This document shows, piece after piece, positions 47,528-57,819 of a DNA stretch of 64,000 bases. Origin of the DNA: Flavobacteriales bacterium (GTDB taxonomy: Bacteria; Bacteroidota; Bacteroidia; Flavobacteriales; Flavobacteriaceae); contig JBBSKR010000001.1 in NCBI GenBank assembly GCA_038256135.1, positions 24,740-88,739 of the forward strand. The letters are read 5' to 3'. A model generated the notes under the pieces. That model was not told the origin of the DNA, did no database searches, and saw only the letters and a list, made by a program, of their open reading frames with translations. The position numbers were made by a program, and so were the translations under genes. The first letter of the stretch is position 1. Each line of letters begins with the position of its first letter.

Positions 47528-49206
47528 TACTTGAAAGGCATTGGTTTCCCGTTAAGGCCATAAAAGAGGTTATTCTCAGAAATGACTACCCTAAAGTAAC
47601 CAATGTTTTCCTTTTTTGTCTTTGGGAGCTGGAATTTAAAATTCGTAGTGTCCTGAGATTTTAGGCTTAATGTGTTTGGTTCCATTGTTTCAGGATTTAT
47701 TTGTAAAGTTTCCTGCGGTATTTTATAATCATTCAAATAGGCAACGGCAAATTTTAATTTATTTAAATCGATGGATGTTTTGTAAGGGTTGTAAACTTTT
47801 AGGGATAGGTTTTTATCGGAATTCAAGGAAACTTCAGGGTCATCGACAATAGCTTCCACTTTTCGGAAAGAATCGAAATTCGGTATATATTTACCTTTGT
47901 AAAGTCCTCCATCGGCCCTTTCATATGAAAAAGTATGGTCATTGATATACTTTGAAATATAGGCCACATCCTTTCCTCTTACCTTCTCCTCAGAATCATC
48001 TATAGCGTATTGATTTTTGCGGTACATGTGATTGTTTAATGAGAAAGTTGGTGTTCCTCCTGTATAAAATGAATACATAGGGGCATTTCTATACGAATTT
48101 TCAAATACGACGGGCATAGACCCTACTTCATCTTGGATCGCCTTAGCCCATTCTCTATTGCCATGGGTTTCATAATAGAAATTGAATAATAAGGGTTGAT
48201 AGGCAAGACCCAACCTTAAATAAACAATTAGCACCGTATTGATGAGTCCCAATCTAAATATCCATTTTAAGGCCTGTTCGTTCTTAAGCATATAATTATA
48301 GGTGATCACGACCAGAGGGATACAAATAATAATAATCCATTGGGTCTGCACCCTTCTATTGAAACTAGAGATAAAAAAGAAAAGTATGACCCCGTACGTA
48401 AGGATAATAAGGGCCTTGTTAAAAAGATCGTTTCTTTTTGTTTTAAAAAGGGACCAATAAATAAATGGAAAAGTAAGGCCAAAAATGGCAACCAAATTCA
48501 CGAAAAATCCCAAGGTATATTTCTCAAAGTCATAAGCTCCGTTTGGCCTTTCATATAGATGATACTTAATGGGTACAAAATCATTTTCGTAGAGCCAATA
48601 AAAATGAGGGGCATAACAAATTAAGGCAACAAAAACCGATAACCAGGCGTACTTGTTACGAACTAATTTCAGATTCGACAAAAGCACAAAGAAGATGACC
48701 AAAACCGCGTGGTATTTACTATACATCAAGGCCGCCATGAATACACCTAATAACACTGAAAGACCAATGGATCGATTTTTTACAAAATGCTTATACGTCA
48801 ATAAAAAAGAGCTGGTAAAGAATAGTAAAGGAGTATCGGGCAAAGTGAAGAAACCATATGCATTCAAAAGCGTCATGGAAAAAACCAGTATAAAAAAATG
48901 AGTTATATAATCATTTTTTTTTGGTGAATCTATCATTAACCATAACAATAAAATATTGACTGTTGACAGGATACAGCTCATGAAACGTACACCAAGTTCT
49001 CCATCAAAAAAATAACTGCTGACCTTGACCATTAAAGCTACCAAAGGAGGATGGTCGAAATACCCCCAAGCCATATTCTGACTGTAATACCAATAATAGG
49101 CCTCGTCAAATATGAGCTGCGTAAAATTGGATTGAACGAGGTTAAGAATAAAAATCGCAGTTAGAAAAAAGTAGAACTGCTTGGGAATTTTGGTCAACAT
49201 TCGCAT
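47527..49206 (-). CDS. GT39/ArnT-like (PMT_2) polyprenyl-phosphate-sugar-dependent glycosyltransferase
   Basis: N-terminal FDEAYYWYYSQNMAWGYFDHPPL motif, more than 10 TM helices, and a soluble C-terminal domain. Confidence 0.75.
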   Translation of the reverse strand: MRMLTKIPKQFYFFLTAIFILNLVQSNFTQLIFDEAYYWYYSQNMAWGYFDHPPLVALMVKVSSYFFDGELGVRFMSCILSTVNILLLWLMIDSPKKNDYITHFFILVFSMTLLNAYGFFTLPDTPLLFFTSSFLLTYKHFVKNRSIGLSVLLGVFMAALMYSKYHAVLVIFFVLLSNLKLVRNKYAWLSVFVALICYAPHFYWLYENDFVPIKYHLYERPNGAYDFEKYTLGFFVNLVAIFGLTFPFIYWSLFKTKRNDLFNKALIILTYGVILFFFISSFNRRVQTQWIIIICIPLVVITYNYMLKNEQALKWIFRLGLINTVLIVYLRLGLAYQPLLFNFYYETHGNREWAKAIQDEVGSMPVVFENSYRNAPMYSFYTGGTPTFSLNNHMYRKNQYAIDDSEEKVRGKDVAYISKYINDHTFSYERADGGLYKGKYIPNFDSFRKVEAIVDDPEVSLNSDKNLSLKVYNPYKTSIDLNKLKFAVAYLNDYKIPQETLQINPETMEPNTLSLKSQDTTNFKFQLPKTKKENIGYFRVVISENNLFYGLNGKPMPFK

Positions 49207-49305
49207 AGGATACTTGGCTACAAAATTACAAATTAAAGGTCATGTACCTAATTTAAAAATTTCATAAAGCTATTGTCGCCAGTTTTGATACGACCATTAA
49301 AACCT

Positions 49306-49313
49306 TACTTTTG
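49306..49313 (+). promoter_or_regulatory. -7 promoter box TActTTTG upstream of ATG 49336
   Basis: Exact TAnnTTTG match 23 nt before the internal ATG. This supports 49336 as the start rather than the track's 49273. Confidence 0.5.
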
Positions 49314-49335
49314 TGTAAATACCTTGCAGTGCTAT

Positions 49336-50064
49336 ATGGCCAGTAGTTTAGTTATCATACCTACCTATAATGAAATAGAGAATGTCGAGGCCATAATTAG
49401 GGCGGTATTTGATTTGCAAAAAGAATTTCATGTGCTTATTGTAGATGATAATTCACCGGATAAAACGGGCGAACGCGTAAGAGGACTTCAAGAAGAATTC
49501 AAGGGCAAGCTTTTTTTGGAAACTAGATTGGAAAAATCAGGTTTAGGTACGGCGTACATTCACGGATTTAAATGGGCCATTCAAAAAGAATACGATTATA
49601 TATTTGAGATGGATGCCGATTTTTCCCATACGCCTTCCGATTTATTACGCTTGCAACGAGCATGTATAAATGGTGCAGATGTGGCGGTAGGATCTAGGTA
49701 TAAAAAAGGAGTTAACGTCGTGAATTGGCCTTTGTATAGGGTATTGCTGTCCTATGGTGCTTCTATTTATGTGAAGATGATAACCGGTATGCGCGTGCAT
49801 GATCCAACAGCTGGTTTTGTGTGCTACAAGCGGCATGTCTTGGAAACTATTGATTTGGACTCGGTGCGTTTTGTAGGGTATGCTTTTCAGATAGAAATGA
49901 AGTTTAGGGCTTATTTAAAGAAATTCGATATTGAAGAAGTGTCCATTATTTTCCGGGACAGGGTGCTTGGGAAATCAAAAATGAGTTCCACAATCATTAG
50001 TGAGGCAGTCTGGGGTGTATTTGTAATGAAACTAAGAAGTCTCTTTTTAAGAAATAAATTTTAA
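49336..50064 (+). CDS. GT2 polyprenol-monophosphate glycosyl (mannosyl)transferase, Dpm1/ArnC-like
   Basis: LVIIPTYNE, VDDNSPD and EMDADFSH motifs. It is divergent from the GT39-like gene. Confidence 0.85.
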   Translation: MASSLVIIPTYNEIENVEAIIRAVFDLQKEFHVLIVDDNSPDKTGERVRGLQEEFKGKLFLETRLEKSGLGTAYIHGFKWAIQKEYDYIFEMDADFSHTPSDLLRLQRACINGADVAVGSRYKKGVNVVNWPLYRVLLSYGASIYVKMITGMRVHDPTAGFVCYKRHVLETIDLDSVRFVGYAFQIEMKFRAYLKKFDIEEVSIIFRDRVLGKSKMSSTIISEAVWGVFVMKLRSLFLRNKF

Positions 50065-50066
50065 GC

Positions 50067-51404
50067 ATGGGTAAAATTCTATTGAAAAATGGCAGCATGG
50101 TCAATGAAGGAAGCATTCAAGAGAATGATATCCTTATAGCGGATGATCTCATCGTTAAGATAGCCAAGGATATTACGGATACTGAAGCAAAAGTTATAGA
50201 TGTAAGTGGTTTGCTTATTTTACCTGGTATTATAGATGACCAAGTTCACTTTCGGGAGCCCGGCCTTACGCACAAAGGAACGATTGCAACAGAAAGTAGG
50301 GCAGCGCTGGCCGGTGGTATCACTACTTTTATGGAGCAACCCAATACTACGCCCCAAACGACCACTATAAAAAAACTTGAGGAAAAATTCAGTACTGCCG
50401 CGTCATCCTCATTTGCTAATTATTCCTTTCTTTTTGGGGGCACCAATGATAATTTGGAGGAGTTAAAGCGATTGGATAAGAATGCGTGCTCTGGCATTAA
50501 ATTGTTTTTAGGGTCCTCAACGGGCAATATGTTGGTAGATGATGAAAAGGTGATAGAAAATATATTTAGGAATACGGAGATGGTCATTTCCGCCCATTGT
50601 GAAGATGAAACTACCATACGTGAAAATCTGGCTAAATACAAAGCTGAATACGGTGATGATATTCCGATAAAATTCCACCCCATTATTAGAAGTGAAAAGG
50701 CTTGTTACCTTTCATCGTCAAGGGCGATTGCCCTCGCCGAGAAAACAAACGCTAGATTACATGTATTCCACCTGTCAACGGGCAAGGAAACCCATTTGTT
50801 CCGCAATGACATTCCATTGGAGAAAAAGAAAATAACCGCCGAGGTCTGTATTCACCATCTGTGGTATTCCGATGCAGACTATGCGGAAAAAGGAACCTTG
50901 ATCAAATGGAATCCTGCGGTCAAGACCGCGAAAGACCGAGATTTATTGTGGGCCGCATTGTTGGATGATCGTATCGATGTCATTGCAACTGATCACGCTC
51001 CCCATTTGCTGGAGGAAAAGGATAATGTTTATACCAAGGCACCATCTGGTGGACCCTTAGTGCAGCATGCGCTTTCGGCTATGTTGGAAAAGGTTGCCGA
51101 TGGAACGATAAAGTTGGAAAAAATGGTACAGAAAATGTGCCATAATCCCGCCATTTTATTTCAGATTGAAAAACGGGGTTTTATACGGGAAGGCTATTTT
51201 GCCGATTTGGTGGTTGCCGACCTAAATAGCCCATATACCGTTACCAAAGAGAATATTGCCTATAAGTGTAAATGGTCTCCTTTTGAAGGTGTTACTTTTA
51301 CTTCCAAAGTTAGGCACACGTTAATAAATGGGCATTTAGGGTATACCAACGGCACGTTTTCGGAAACACGTAACGCTAAAAGATTAACTTTTAATAGACC
51401 ATGA
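50067..51404 (+). CDS. pyrC: Dihydroorotase (long, amidohydrolase class I type)
   Basis: PGIIDDQVHFREPGLTHKG, ATDHAPH, 445 aa. Confidence 0.85.
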   Translation: MGKILLKNGSMVNEGSIQENDILIADDLIVKIAKDITDTEAKVIDVSGLLILPGIIDDQVHFREPGLTHKGTIATESRAALAGGITTFMEQPNTTPQTTTIKKLEEKFSTAASSSFANYSFLFGGTNDNLEELKRLDKNACSGIKLFLGSSTGNMLVDDEKVIENIFRNTEMVISAHCEDETTIRENLAKYKAEYGDDIPIKFHPIIRSEKACYLSSSRAIALAEKTNARLHVFHLSTGKETHLFRNDIPLEKKKITAEVCIHHLWYSDADYAEKGTLIKWNPAVKTAKDRDLLWAALLDDRIDVIATDHAPHLLEEKDNVYTKAPSGGPLVQHALSAMLEKVADGTIKLEKMVQKMCHNPAILFQIEKRGFIREGYFADLVVADLNSPYTVTKENIAYKCKWSPFEGVTFTSKVRHTLINGHLGYTNGTFSETRNAKRLTFNRP

Positions 51405-51838
51405 AGAATAGCTTAATTTTTACCCTTGTAATGCTGCTCCTTTTTTCATGTGCGGAAAAATTGATTGAAAAGCCTGATAATTTAATTCCCAGTGATAAAA
51501 TGGTGCTGATTTTAAAGGAATTGGCCATTGTTAATGCTGCAAAAGCAACCAATCTTTCCAAATTAAAGGAAAATGGTATCGACCCTACTATGTTTGTATT
51601 TGAAAAATATAAAATAGACAGTGCCCAATTTGTGGATAGTGATCGGTATTATGCCTCTATACCTTCAGAATATGAAGCTATTTACAAAGAAGTTGAAAAC
51701 CAATTGGTAACAATGGGTGAAAAAATGCAAGAGCAAAAAAAAATCAGCGATAGTCTAAATCTTTTGAAAAAGTCCTTAAAAAAGGATGCTAATTCAAAAT
51801 TGAATGACACTTTGAAAATTAAGAATGCTCCCCAATAA
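51401..51838 (+). CDS. DUF4296-family lipoprotein
   Basis: Lipobox (LLFSC). The position downstream of dihydroorotase is typical, from memory. Confidence 0.55.
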   Translation: MKNSLIFTLVMLLLFSCAEKLIEKPDNLIPSDKMVLILKELAIVNAAKATNLSKLKENGIDPTMFVFEKYKIDSAQFVDSDRYYASIPSEYEAIYKEVENQLVTMGEKMQEQKKISDSLNLLKKSLKKDANSKLNDTLKIKNAPQ

Positions 51839-52826
51839 AACGTTTGGCAGAAAATGCTATAATAGTGTCCAAAGGTTCAAATTCAAATTCTAATGCACTT
51901 TTTACTTTTGAATTACTAAATTGGGAAGGATGTTGAAGGCCATAAATTGTGCTTTTGGTTATCGTTCTGGCTTTTCCAGTGAATAGGTTCATTAACCAAT
52001 CTATACTTCTTCCGATCTGCAGCTGCCAAATTTTTAGTTTCTTTTGGGGTGGCTTTTTGCCCATCGCACTAGCTATATCTCCCAATAGTTCTTTATAGGA
52101 AAGATTTTCAGCGACAGTTATAAAACGTTCGCCTTGTATTTCAGAATTCATGAGGGTAGTCATTATTTTGATAACATCCGATACGGCAACAAACCCGGAA
52201 CCGCCAGGGGGATAATAACGGTAACCTTTAGCCGCAGTTTTGAAGAAAGTCCCGCTACCGTTTTCCCAATAGCCTGGTCCTAGTATAACCCCCGGATTCA
52301 CAATAACTACCTTTAACCCTTCCTGGGCACCACGCCATACTTCTATTTCTGCCAAGTATTTTGTAATTGCATACGGGTTGGCATGCTGTCTACTCCACTC
52401 GGTTTCTTCATCCGCTTTTTTACCGGTTACCGTTCTTCCGATAGTGCCAATGGTACTCACATAGCATAGTTTGTTGATACTTTCTGCGATACACATATTT
52501 ACAATATTGGCTGTGCCTTCCCTATTGACACGTTCCAGTTTTTCAAAATCGGATGGGTTGAATGAAATAAATGCGGCACAATGGTACACATGGGTTACCT
52601 CGGTAAAGGCCATTTCTAAGGATGGAATATTCAGTAGATCACCTTGTATCCAATCTATTTTATTAAAAAGTAAATGAGCATCTGGGCTGTAATAGGAGAA
52701 GATTTTTTTAACCTGGTCCAGTTTTTCGGGAGTTCTATAAAGTGCCCGTACGGGTATTTTATCCATAACCAATTGTAGCAACAAATGCGACCCCACCAAT
52801 CCTGTGCTTCCCGTAACTAAAACCAT
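51819..52826 (-). CDS. NAD-dependent epimerase/dehydratase (extended SDR)
   Basis: [14 protein letters not shown] Rossmann motif and a YxxxK motif (YAITKYLAE). Confidence 0.85.
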   Translation of the reverse strand: MVLVTGSTGLVGSHLLLQLVMDKIPVRALYRTPEKLDQVKKIFSYYSPDAHLLFNKIDWIQGDLLNIPSLEMAFTEVTHVYHCAAFISFNPSDFEKLERVNREGTANIVNMCIAESINKLCYVSTIGTIGRTVTGKKADEETEWSRQHANPYAITKYLAEIEVWRGAQEGLKVVIVNPGVILGPGYWENGSGTFFKTAAKGYRYYPPGGSGFVAVSDVIKIMTTLMNSEIQGERFITVAENLSYKELLGDIASAMGKKPPQKKLKIWQLQIGRSIDWLMNLFTGKARTITKSTIYGLQHPSQFSNSKVKSALEFEFEPLDTIIAFSAKRFIGEHS

Positions 52827-52897
52827 CTTTCAAAGTTAGCAAATACAGGCGGATAAATTCCGGCACTGAACTTCTGGGTACTGGGAAGAATTCCATT

Positions 52898-52905
52898 TAT
52901 ATTTG
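52898..52905 (+). promoter_or_regulatory. -7 promoter box TAtaTTTG upstream of tyrS
   Basis: Exact TAnnTTTG match 26 nt before ATG 52931. Confidence 0.5.
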
Positions 52906-52930
52906 CAATTCAAATAAAATTCAGCATAGG

Positions 52931-54226
52931 ATGACAACAAATTTTGTCAAGGAGTTACAATGGCGTGGAATGTTGCATGATGCGATGCCCGGAACAGAGG
53001 AACTTTTATTGGAAGAAATGCAATCTGCCTATATGGGTATCGACCCCACTGCAGATTCTTTACATATTGGTCACTTGGTGGGCGTTATGATGTTACGCCA
53101 CTTTCAGTTGGCAGGTCATAAACCGTATGCCCTTATTGGGGGAGCTACGGGAATGATCGGGGATCCCTCCGGTAAATCTTCGGAACGTAACTTGCTTGAT
53201 GAAAAAACCTTGCGGCATAATGAGAATGCCTTAAAGGAACAGTTGTCCCGTTTTTTGGATTTCACGGGAGGGGATAAAAATGCTGCAGTTCTGGTCAATA
53301 ATTACGACTGGATGAAGGATTTTTCCTTTTTGGATTTTATCAGGGATGTAGGTAAGCACATTACGGTGAATTATATGATGTCTAAAGACTCCGTAAAAAA
53401 ACGGCTGTCGGCAGAAGCCAAAGAAGGAATGTCCTTTACAGAATTCACCTATCAGCTTGTGCAGGGATATGATTTTCTTCATCTGTATAGAGAATACAAT
53501 TGCAGCCTACAAATGGGAGGTAGTGACCAGTGGGGCAATATTACTACGGGTACGGAATTGATAAGGAGAATTGAAAACGGGAAGGGTTATGCGCTTACCT
53601 GTCCATTAATTACCAAGGCCGATGGTACTAAATTCGGAAAAACAGAAAGTGGTAATGTTTGGTTGGATGCAGAGCGTACATCACCCTATAAATTTTATCA
53701 ATATTGGTTGAACACCTCTGATGACGATGCTGAAAAATACATCAAAATATTTACGTTCCTTGCTCAGAAAGAAATTGAGGATCTAACCATCGAGCATAAA
53801 AAAGCACCCCACATAAGGCTGTTGCAGAAACGATTGGCAGATGAAATTACTGTATTGGTACATTCACAAGGTGATTTGGACAATGCGGAGCGTGCAAGCG
53901 AAATTTTGTTCGGTAGGTCTACGGCATCTGACTTGAAGGGACTAAATGAAAAAACATTTTTGGAGATTTTTGAAGGGGTACCGCAGGCGGAACTTTCCAA
54001 ATCTGAATTGAAGGACGGATTGGATATAATCGGGGCACTAGCGGCCAAAACCAACTTTTTAGGCTCCAATGGGGAAGCGAGAAGGGAATTGAAGCAAAAC
54101 TCCATTTCGGTAAATAAAGAGAAAGTAAAGGAAGATTACCTGATTACCAAAGAAGATTTGATCAATGATAAATTTGTACTGTTGCAAAGGGGCAAAAAAA
54201 ACTATTTTGTACTAGTATTGAAGTAG
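52931..54226 (+). CDS. tyrS: Tyrosine--tRNA ligase
   Basis: HIGH motif (SLHIGHLVG), KMSKS-equivalent KFGKTE, C-terminal S4 domain. Confidence 0.95.
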   Translation: MTTNFVKELQWRGMLHDAMPGTEELLLEEMQSAYMGIDPTADSLHIGHLVGVMMLRHFQLAGHKPYALIGGATGMIGDPSGKSSERNLLDEKTLRHNENALKEQLSRFLDFTGGDKNAAVLVNNYDWMKDFSFLDFIRDVGKHITVNYMMSKDSVKKRLSAEAKEGMSFTEFTYQLVQGYDFLHLYREYNCSLQMGGSDQWGNITTGTELIRRIENGKGYALTCPLITKADGTKFGKTESGNVWLDAERTSPYKFYQYWLNTSDDDAEKYIKIFTFLAQKEIEDLTIEHKKAPHIRLLQKRLADEITVLVHSQGDLDNAERASEILFGRSTASDLKGLNEKTFLEIFEGVPQAELSKSELKDGLDIIGALAAKTNFLGSNGEARRELKQNSISVNKEKVKEDYLITKEDLINDKFVLLQRGKKNYFVLVLK

Positions 54227-54275
54227 GTAAAGCAACCATTGGCATTAAGCTCCATCTTTATAAAAATATATTGCT

Positions 54276-54661
54276 ATGGGAAAAAAACTTTTGATCGTTT
54301 TATCACTGGTGTTTTTTGCTTGCAATCCCGATGACGAATCCGAAATTGCAGATGCCGTCTTGGAAGGGGAGTGGGTTTTAACTCAAGTGTCATGTTTTTG
54401 CGGTTTCGAGCCTGAAACAGATTTTACCCTGACCCGAATACTATTTGATACGGATAATGATAAAATCACGGTCATCCAAAATGGCGAGAACACTTTTTCA
54501 GGGAAGCGGGCGAATATTACTATGGAGGGCAAGGTGATCGAATTGGTTTTGCCGATGACACGGTGTACCGTTTTGAAATTAACGGGTCGTTACTTACCCT
54601 TACCTTTCAGGACAATCCTCAAATAGCCGATGATGAGGTATCCTATACCTTTAAGCGATAA
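54276..54661 (+). pseudogene. Lipocalin-like lipoprotein gene interrupted by a frameshift in a T5 run, or a homopolymer sequencing error
   Basis: Frame 0 (lipobox VFFAC) continues as implausible sequence after ...ENTF. The other frame, open from 54472, reads ...FFREAGEYYYGGQGDRIGFADDTVYRFEINGSLLTLTFQDNPQIADDEVSYTFKR* and ends at 54661. Confidence 0.7.
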
Positions 54662-54743
54662 AGAAATTCCTATTCCTAAAACTTTGAAGTTCATTTAAAA
54701 TAATTCAGTACATAGATCGTTATTATAGTACAAACCTCATTTT

Positions 54744-55277
54744 ATGTTCAAGAGATATGCTATTGTTTTATGTGTTTTCATGATGTTTATTAATTGTGAT
54801 AAACTTGACGAGTTAACAAAATTTGACATAGAATATAGTCAGAGGGCAACCATACCTTCCTCTACGGGCATGAATTTGCCTATCGATGTTTTTACTCCGG
54901 AAATGGAAACGAATTCAGAATCCAAATTCGCCGTAAACGATACCAGAAAAGATCTTATCGAGGAAATAACTTTGACAGTGTTGGAAATGGTTATCATTTC
55001 GCCCGACAATGCCGATTTTAGCTTTTTAAATTCAATAGAAGTGTATATATCTGCTGATGGTCTGGAAGAAATTCTAATAGCATCCTTAAATGAAGTGCCA
55101 GAAAATGCAGGGAATAGCATTATGTTGAATACATCCGATTTGGATTTAAAAGAATACATTAAAAAGGATGAATTTAGTCTGCGTTTAAATACGGTGACCG
55201 ATGAATTGATAAGCACAGATCATGAATTGGAAGTGAAGTCCACCTTCTTTGTGGATGCGAAGATATTGGGAATTTAA
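54744..55277 (+). CDS. Hypothetical lipoprotein
   Basis: Lipobox (MFINC); 177 aa; no recognised motifs. Confidence 0.55.
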   Translation: MFKRYAIVLCVFMMFINCDKLDELTKFDIEYSQRATIPSSTGMNLPIDVFTPEMETNSESKFAVNDTRKDLIEEITLTVLEMVIISPDNADFSFLNSIEVYISADGLEEILIASLNEVPENAGNSIMLNTSDLDLKEYIKKDEFSLRLNTVTDELISTDHELEVKSTFFVDAKILGI

Positions 55278-55349
55278 AATTATTTTATTTCATGTCACGC
55301 AACGTTTCCGAAGGTATCTTATCTTCCTATTAGTAACATTCGTTAGGTC

Positions 55350-55799
55350 ATGAGAAAAATTAGTATGTATACCTTTTTGGTCCTTGCCATTAGTGCTTGT
55401 TCAAATCCAGATGATTTTGGATTGGAATCTACCGAGTTTGTATTTACCGAACAAAAGTGGCAACTCATTAAAATGAGCAGTAGTTGGACAAATGATGAGA
55501 AAACCGGAGATGCTATGGAATGGCAAGAATACTATATCTTTTCCCCAGACAGTACATTTTCAAAATTTAGAGTAATGAATGGAAAGTCAGAAGAGGCAGC
55601 AGGCACATTTGCTGTGGTTCAATATGAAAATGATGCTGATGATTATTTGGAGCTGCATTTTGAAAGTGGCACAGCCATAAAAACAAGTTGTCACAGTGAA
55701 CCTAAGGAGGTATTGCGTTTCCGTTCAAAAAATTCTATCGAAAGTACATGGAATGCTTGTGATGGTCTTGGGCTGGAGTATACGCTGATACCTAATTAA
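55350..55799 (+). CDS. Hypothetical lipoprotein (lipocalin-like pattern)
   Basis: Lipobox (AISAC), followed by NPDD as in 54276. Confidence 0.55.
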   Translation: MRKISMYTFLVLAISACSNPDDFGLESTEFVFTEQKWQLIKMSSSWTNDEKTGDAMEWQEYYIFSPDSTFSKFRVMNGKSEEAAGTFAVVQYENDADDYLELHFESGTAIKTSCHSEPKEVLRFRSKNSIESTWNACDGLGLEYTLIPN

Positions 55800-56794
55800 A
55801 GCACCATCAGATTACATCCCCTGATATCGGAATTGTCAAACCTACCTATAACTTCAAAAGAACCATCTGCATTCGCTTTACCTAAGTCTTGGGTTGCAAT
55901 AAAGGAACAGGAATTAATGTTAGCTAAATCAATGACATTTATACCGCCAGTTTTCCCCGGTATTTGATAGGTAAAAGGATCTTCAGTGTCACGGACAAGT
56001 ATTTTCATCCATTGGGGGCAGTGGAATACCCCATTCCCTTTCGAATAGGCTTGCGATAATAGTTCGGTCATTCCATATTCTGAGTGAATTTCGGTAACTC
56101 CAAAACCAATTTTCAACATGTTATGCAGTTCTTCCCGTATCATTTCCTTACGACGGCCTTTCATGCCACCTGTTTCCATAACCACGGTGTTTTCAAGGGA
56201 GAGCTGGTATTGCTCAGTAAACTCCAATAGCGCAAAGGAAACACCAATAAGCACTGTTTTATTCCCCTTATTTTGAAGTTCTTTTAATAACTGGTATAGC
56301 TGTTCGTATTCGTTTAAGAAAAAACCACTTTTCGGATGATTGGATTTGGTAATTAGATCTTCTACCATATAAATTAGGGAAGAGCCGGTTCGTTCCAGAT
56401 AAGATGGTAATAAGGCCAAAATGCAATAGTCCTTAATAGTACCGTAAAATTTCTCGAAACCTTTCAAGTAACTCTGTTGATATAGCTCCAGTTCGGTTAC
56501 GAAGTGTTTACTTGTTTCGGTGCCCGTTGTACCGCTACTGGTAAATAGTATTTCAGGTTTATTGTTGGAACTAAGCACCTTTTTCGATTTGAAAAATTCG
56601 ATAGGTAGAAATGGGATTTGTTGTAGTGACTCAACCGCATCAGGATGTACGTTTAAATGAGTACAAAAAGTACGATAGACGTGGTTATTGGTGTATTGAA
56701 ATTGAAAAATACGCAGCGCTTGGGTCTGGAATTCCCTTTCTGTGCGTAAATCGAAAATAGCATTTTGCTTCATGGACTTTCTTGGTTGAAGCAA
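55796..56794 (-). CDS. LuxE/PaaK-like acyl-adenylate-forming enzyme (acyl-protein synthetase family)
   Basis: FTSSGTTG AMP-binding P-loop, METGGMKGRRKE, 332 aa. Confidence 0.65.
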   Translation of the reverse strand: MLQPRKSMKQNAIFDLRTEREFQTQALRIFQFQYTNNHVYRTFCTHLNVHPDAVESLQQIPFLPIEFFKSKKVLSSNNKPEILFTSSGTTGTETSKHFVTELELYQQSYLKGFEKFYGTIKDYCILALLPSYLERTGSSLIYMVEDLITKSNHPKSGFFLNEYEQLYQLLKELQNKGNKTVLIGVSFALLEFTEQYQLSLENTVVMETGGMKGRRKEMIREELHNMLKIGFGVTEIHSEYGMTELLSQAYSKGNGVFHCPQWMKILVRDTEDPFTYQIPGKTGGINVIDLANINSCSFIATQDLGKANADGSFEVIGRFDNSDIRGCNLMVL

Positions 56795-56846
56795 AGGTAC
56801 TGAACCAATTTATTTTCAAGGATGGGTTGTCCCGTAAAGAGAGGAG

Positions 56847-57170
56847 TTATTTAACCACCAATTTCCGGGTAATGGACTTATCGTTCTCGGTAACCTGAAC
56901 AACATAGACACCGGGAGAAAGTCGTGAGATATCCAATGCTTTGTTGGTTAATCTATCTGTTAGAACCAATTCACCGAAAACATCATAGATGCTAACCTCC
57001 TTGACCTTGTTTTTTTCTGTGGTTATATAGACCACATCAGCCATAGCAGGGTTGGGATAAATCTTGAATCCACCTATTTCATCATGCTGTAGGTTATGGA
57101 AATTTGGTGCATCCTGAGCATATAGGCCAATAGAAAATACCATAAATAGCAAAAAGTAGATTTTCTTCAT
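56847..57170 (-). CDS. Mini-protein: signal peptide, ~16 aa, and a T9SS type A C-terminal sorting domain
   Basis: MKKIYFLLFMVFSIGLYA|QDAPNFHNLQHDEIGG, then FKIYPNPA...VSIYDVFGELV...LSPGVYVVQV...TRKLVVK (Por_Secre_tail pattern). Confidence 0.75.
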   Translation of the reverse strand: MKKIYFLLFMVFSIGLYAQDAPNFHNLQHDEIGGFKIYPNPAMADVVYITTEKNKVKEVSIYDVFGELVLTDRLTNKALDISRLSPGVYVVQVTENDKSITRKLVVK

Positions 57171-57349
57171 GATTAATTGATTTGGGATCAACTTTATAAA
57201 GGTATCTATTAGCTATTACCGGTTCGTAAAAATGTTGTGAAAGCTAAAAATTTGTTGGTCAATTAAATACGACTTGCAATTCATCGGAAAAATGTGTAAT
57301 TCGCCGATGGGTATTAGGAGGATTAAATGGGAAATAAATTGAATCGAGC

Positions 57350-57658
57350 TTACTTAACGATCAATTTTCTAGTAGCCATCTTATCCTTTTCAAAAACTCT
57401 AAGAACATAGACACCTGCATCCAGGTCGGTTAGATTTAATTCTTTTCCTAAAATTGTCGTTTTAAGCAATAAAGTTCCAAAAACATCATAGATCAAAATA
57501 TCCTTTGGAGCATTAAGCGTTGTAGAAATATAAACTTTACCATTTGCCACCGGGTTGGGATACATACTGAAACCATCAATATCCCCACTGTTTTGAGCCC
57601 TTTGCCCATAACTGAAGGAAATAAAAAGAAAAAAAATAATCAAGTAAAGGTGCTTCAT
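57350..57658 (-). CDS. Mini-protein: signal peptide, ~11 aa, and a T9SS type A C-terminal sorting domain (paralog of 56847)
   Basis: MKHLYLIIFFLFISFSYG|QRAQNSGDIDG, then FSMYPNPV...ILIYDVFGTLL...LDAGVYVLRV...TRKLIVK. Confidence 0.75.
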   Translation of the reverse strand: MKHLYLIIFFLFISFSYGQRAQNSGDIDGFSMYPNPVANGKVYISTTLNAPKDILIYDVFGTLLLKTTILGKELNLTDLDAGVYVLRVFEKDKMATRKLIVK

Positions 57659-57760
57659 ACGCTACTACAGAACAAGTTGTGTGCCACAAATATAGGTATT
57701 TTGATTCCTGAAAGTCAATATGATAGGCCTATTCTTACCATTTATTCGATAAAACGTAAG

Positions 57761-57795
57761 AAAGCCCGCCCCAGATGGTTATCGGGATGGGCTTT
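57761..57795 (-). terminator. Hairpin terminator downstream of the TonB-dependent receptor operon
   Basis: AAAGCCC-(21 nt)-GGGCTTT with partial internal pairing. T-rich on both sides, 25 nt past the stop at 57820. Confidence 0.4.
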
Positions 57796-57819
57796 TTGTA
57801 AAATAGGTGAGACCATTTC

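Noticed and set aside
49273-49335. Track start (49273) for the GT2 gene.
   Set aside because: A TActTTTG -7 box lies at 49306..49313, inside this extension. The conserved GT2 N-terminus (LVIIPTYNE) begins right after ATG 49336.
50220-50260. Dihydroorotase metal motif reads DDQVHF (Gln where the first His of HxH is expected), which might mean an inactive enzyme.
   Set aside because: From memory, the DDQVHFREPG variant is the normal form in Bacteroidota long dihydroorotases. It is probably not anomalous, but I cannot verify this here.
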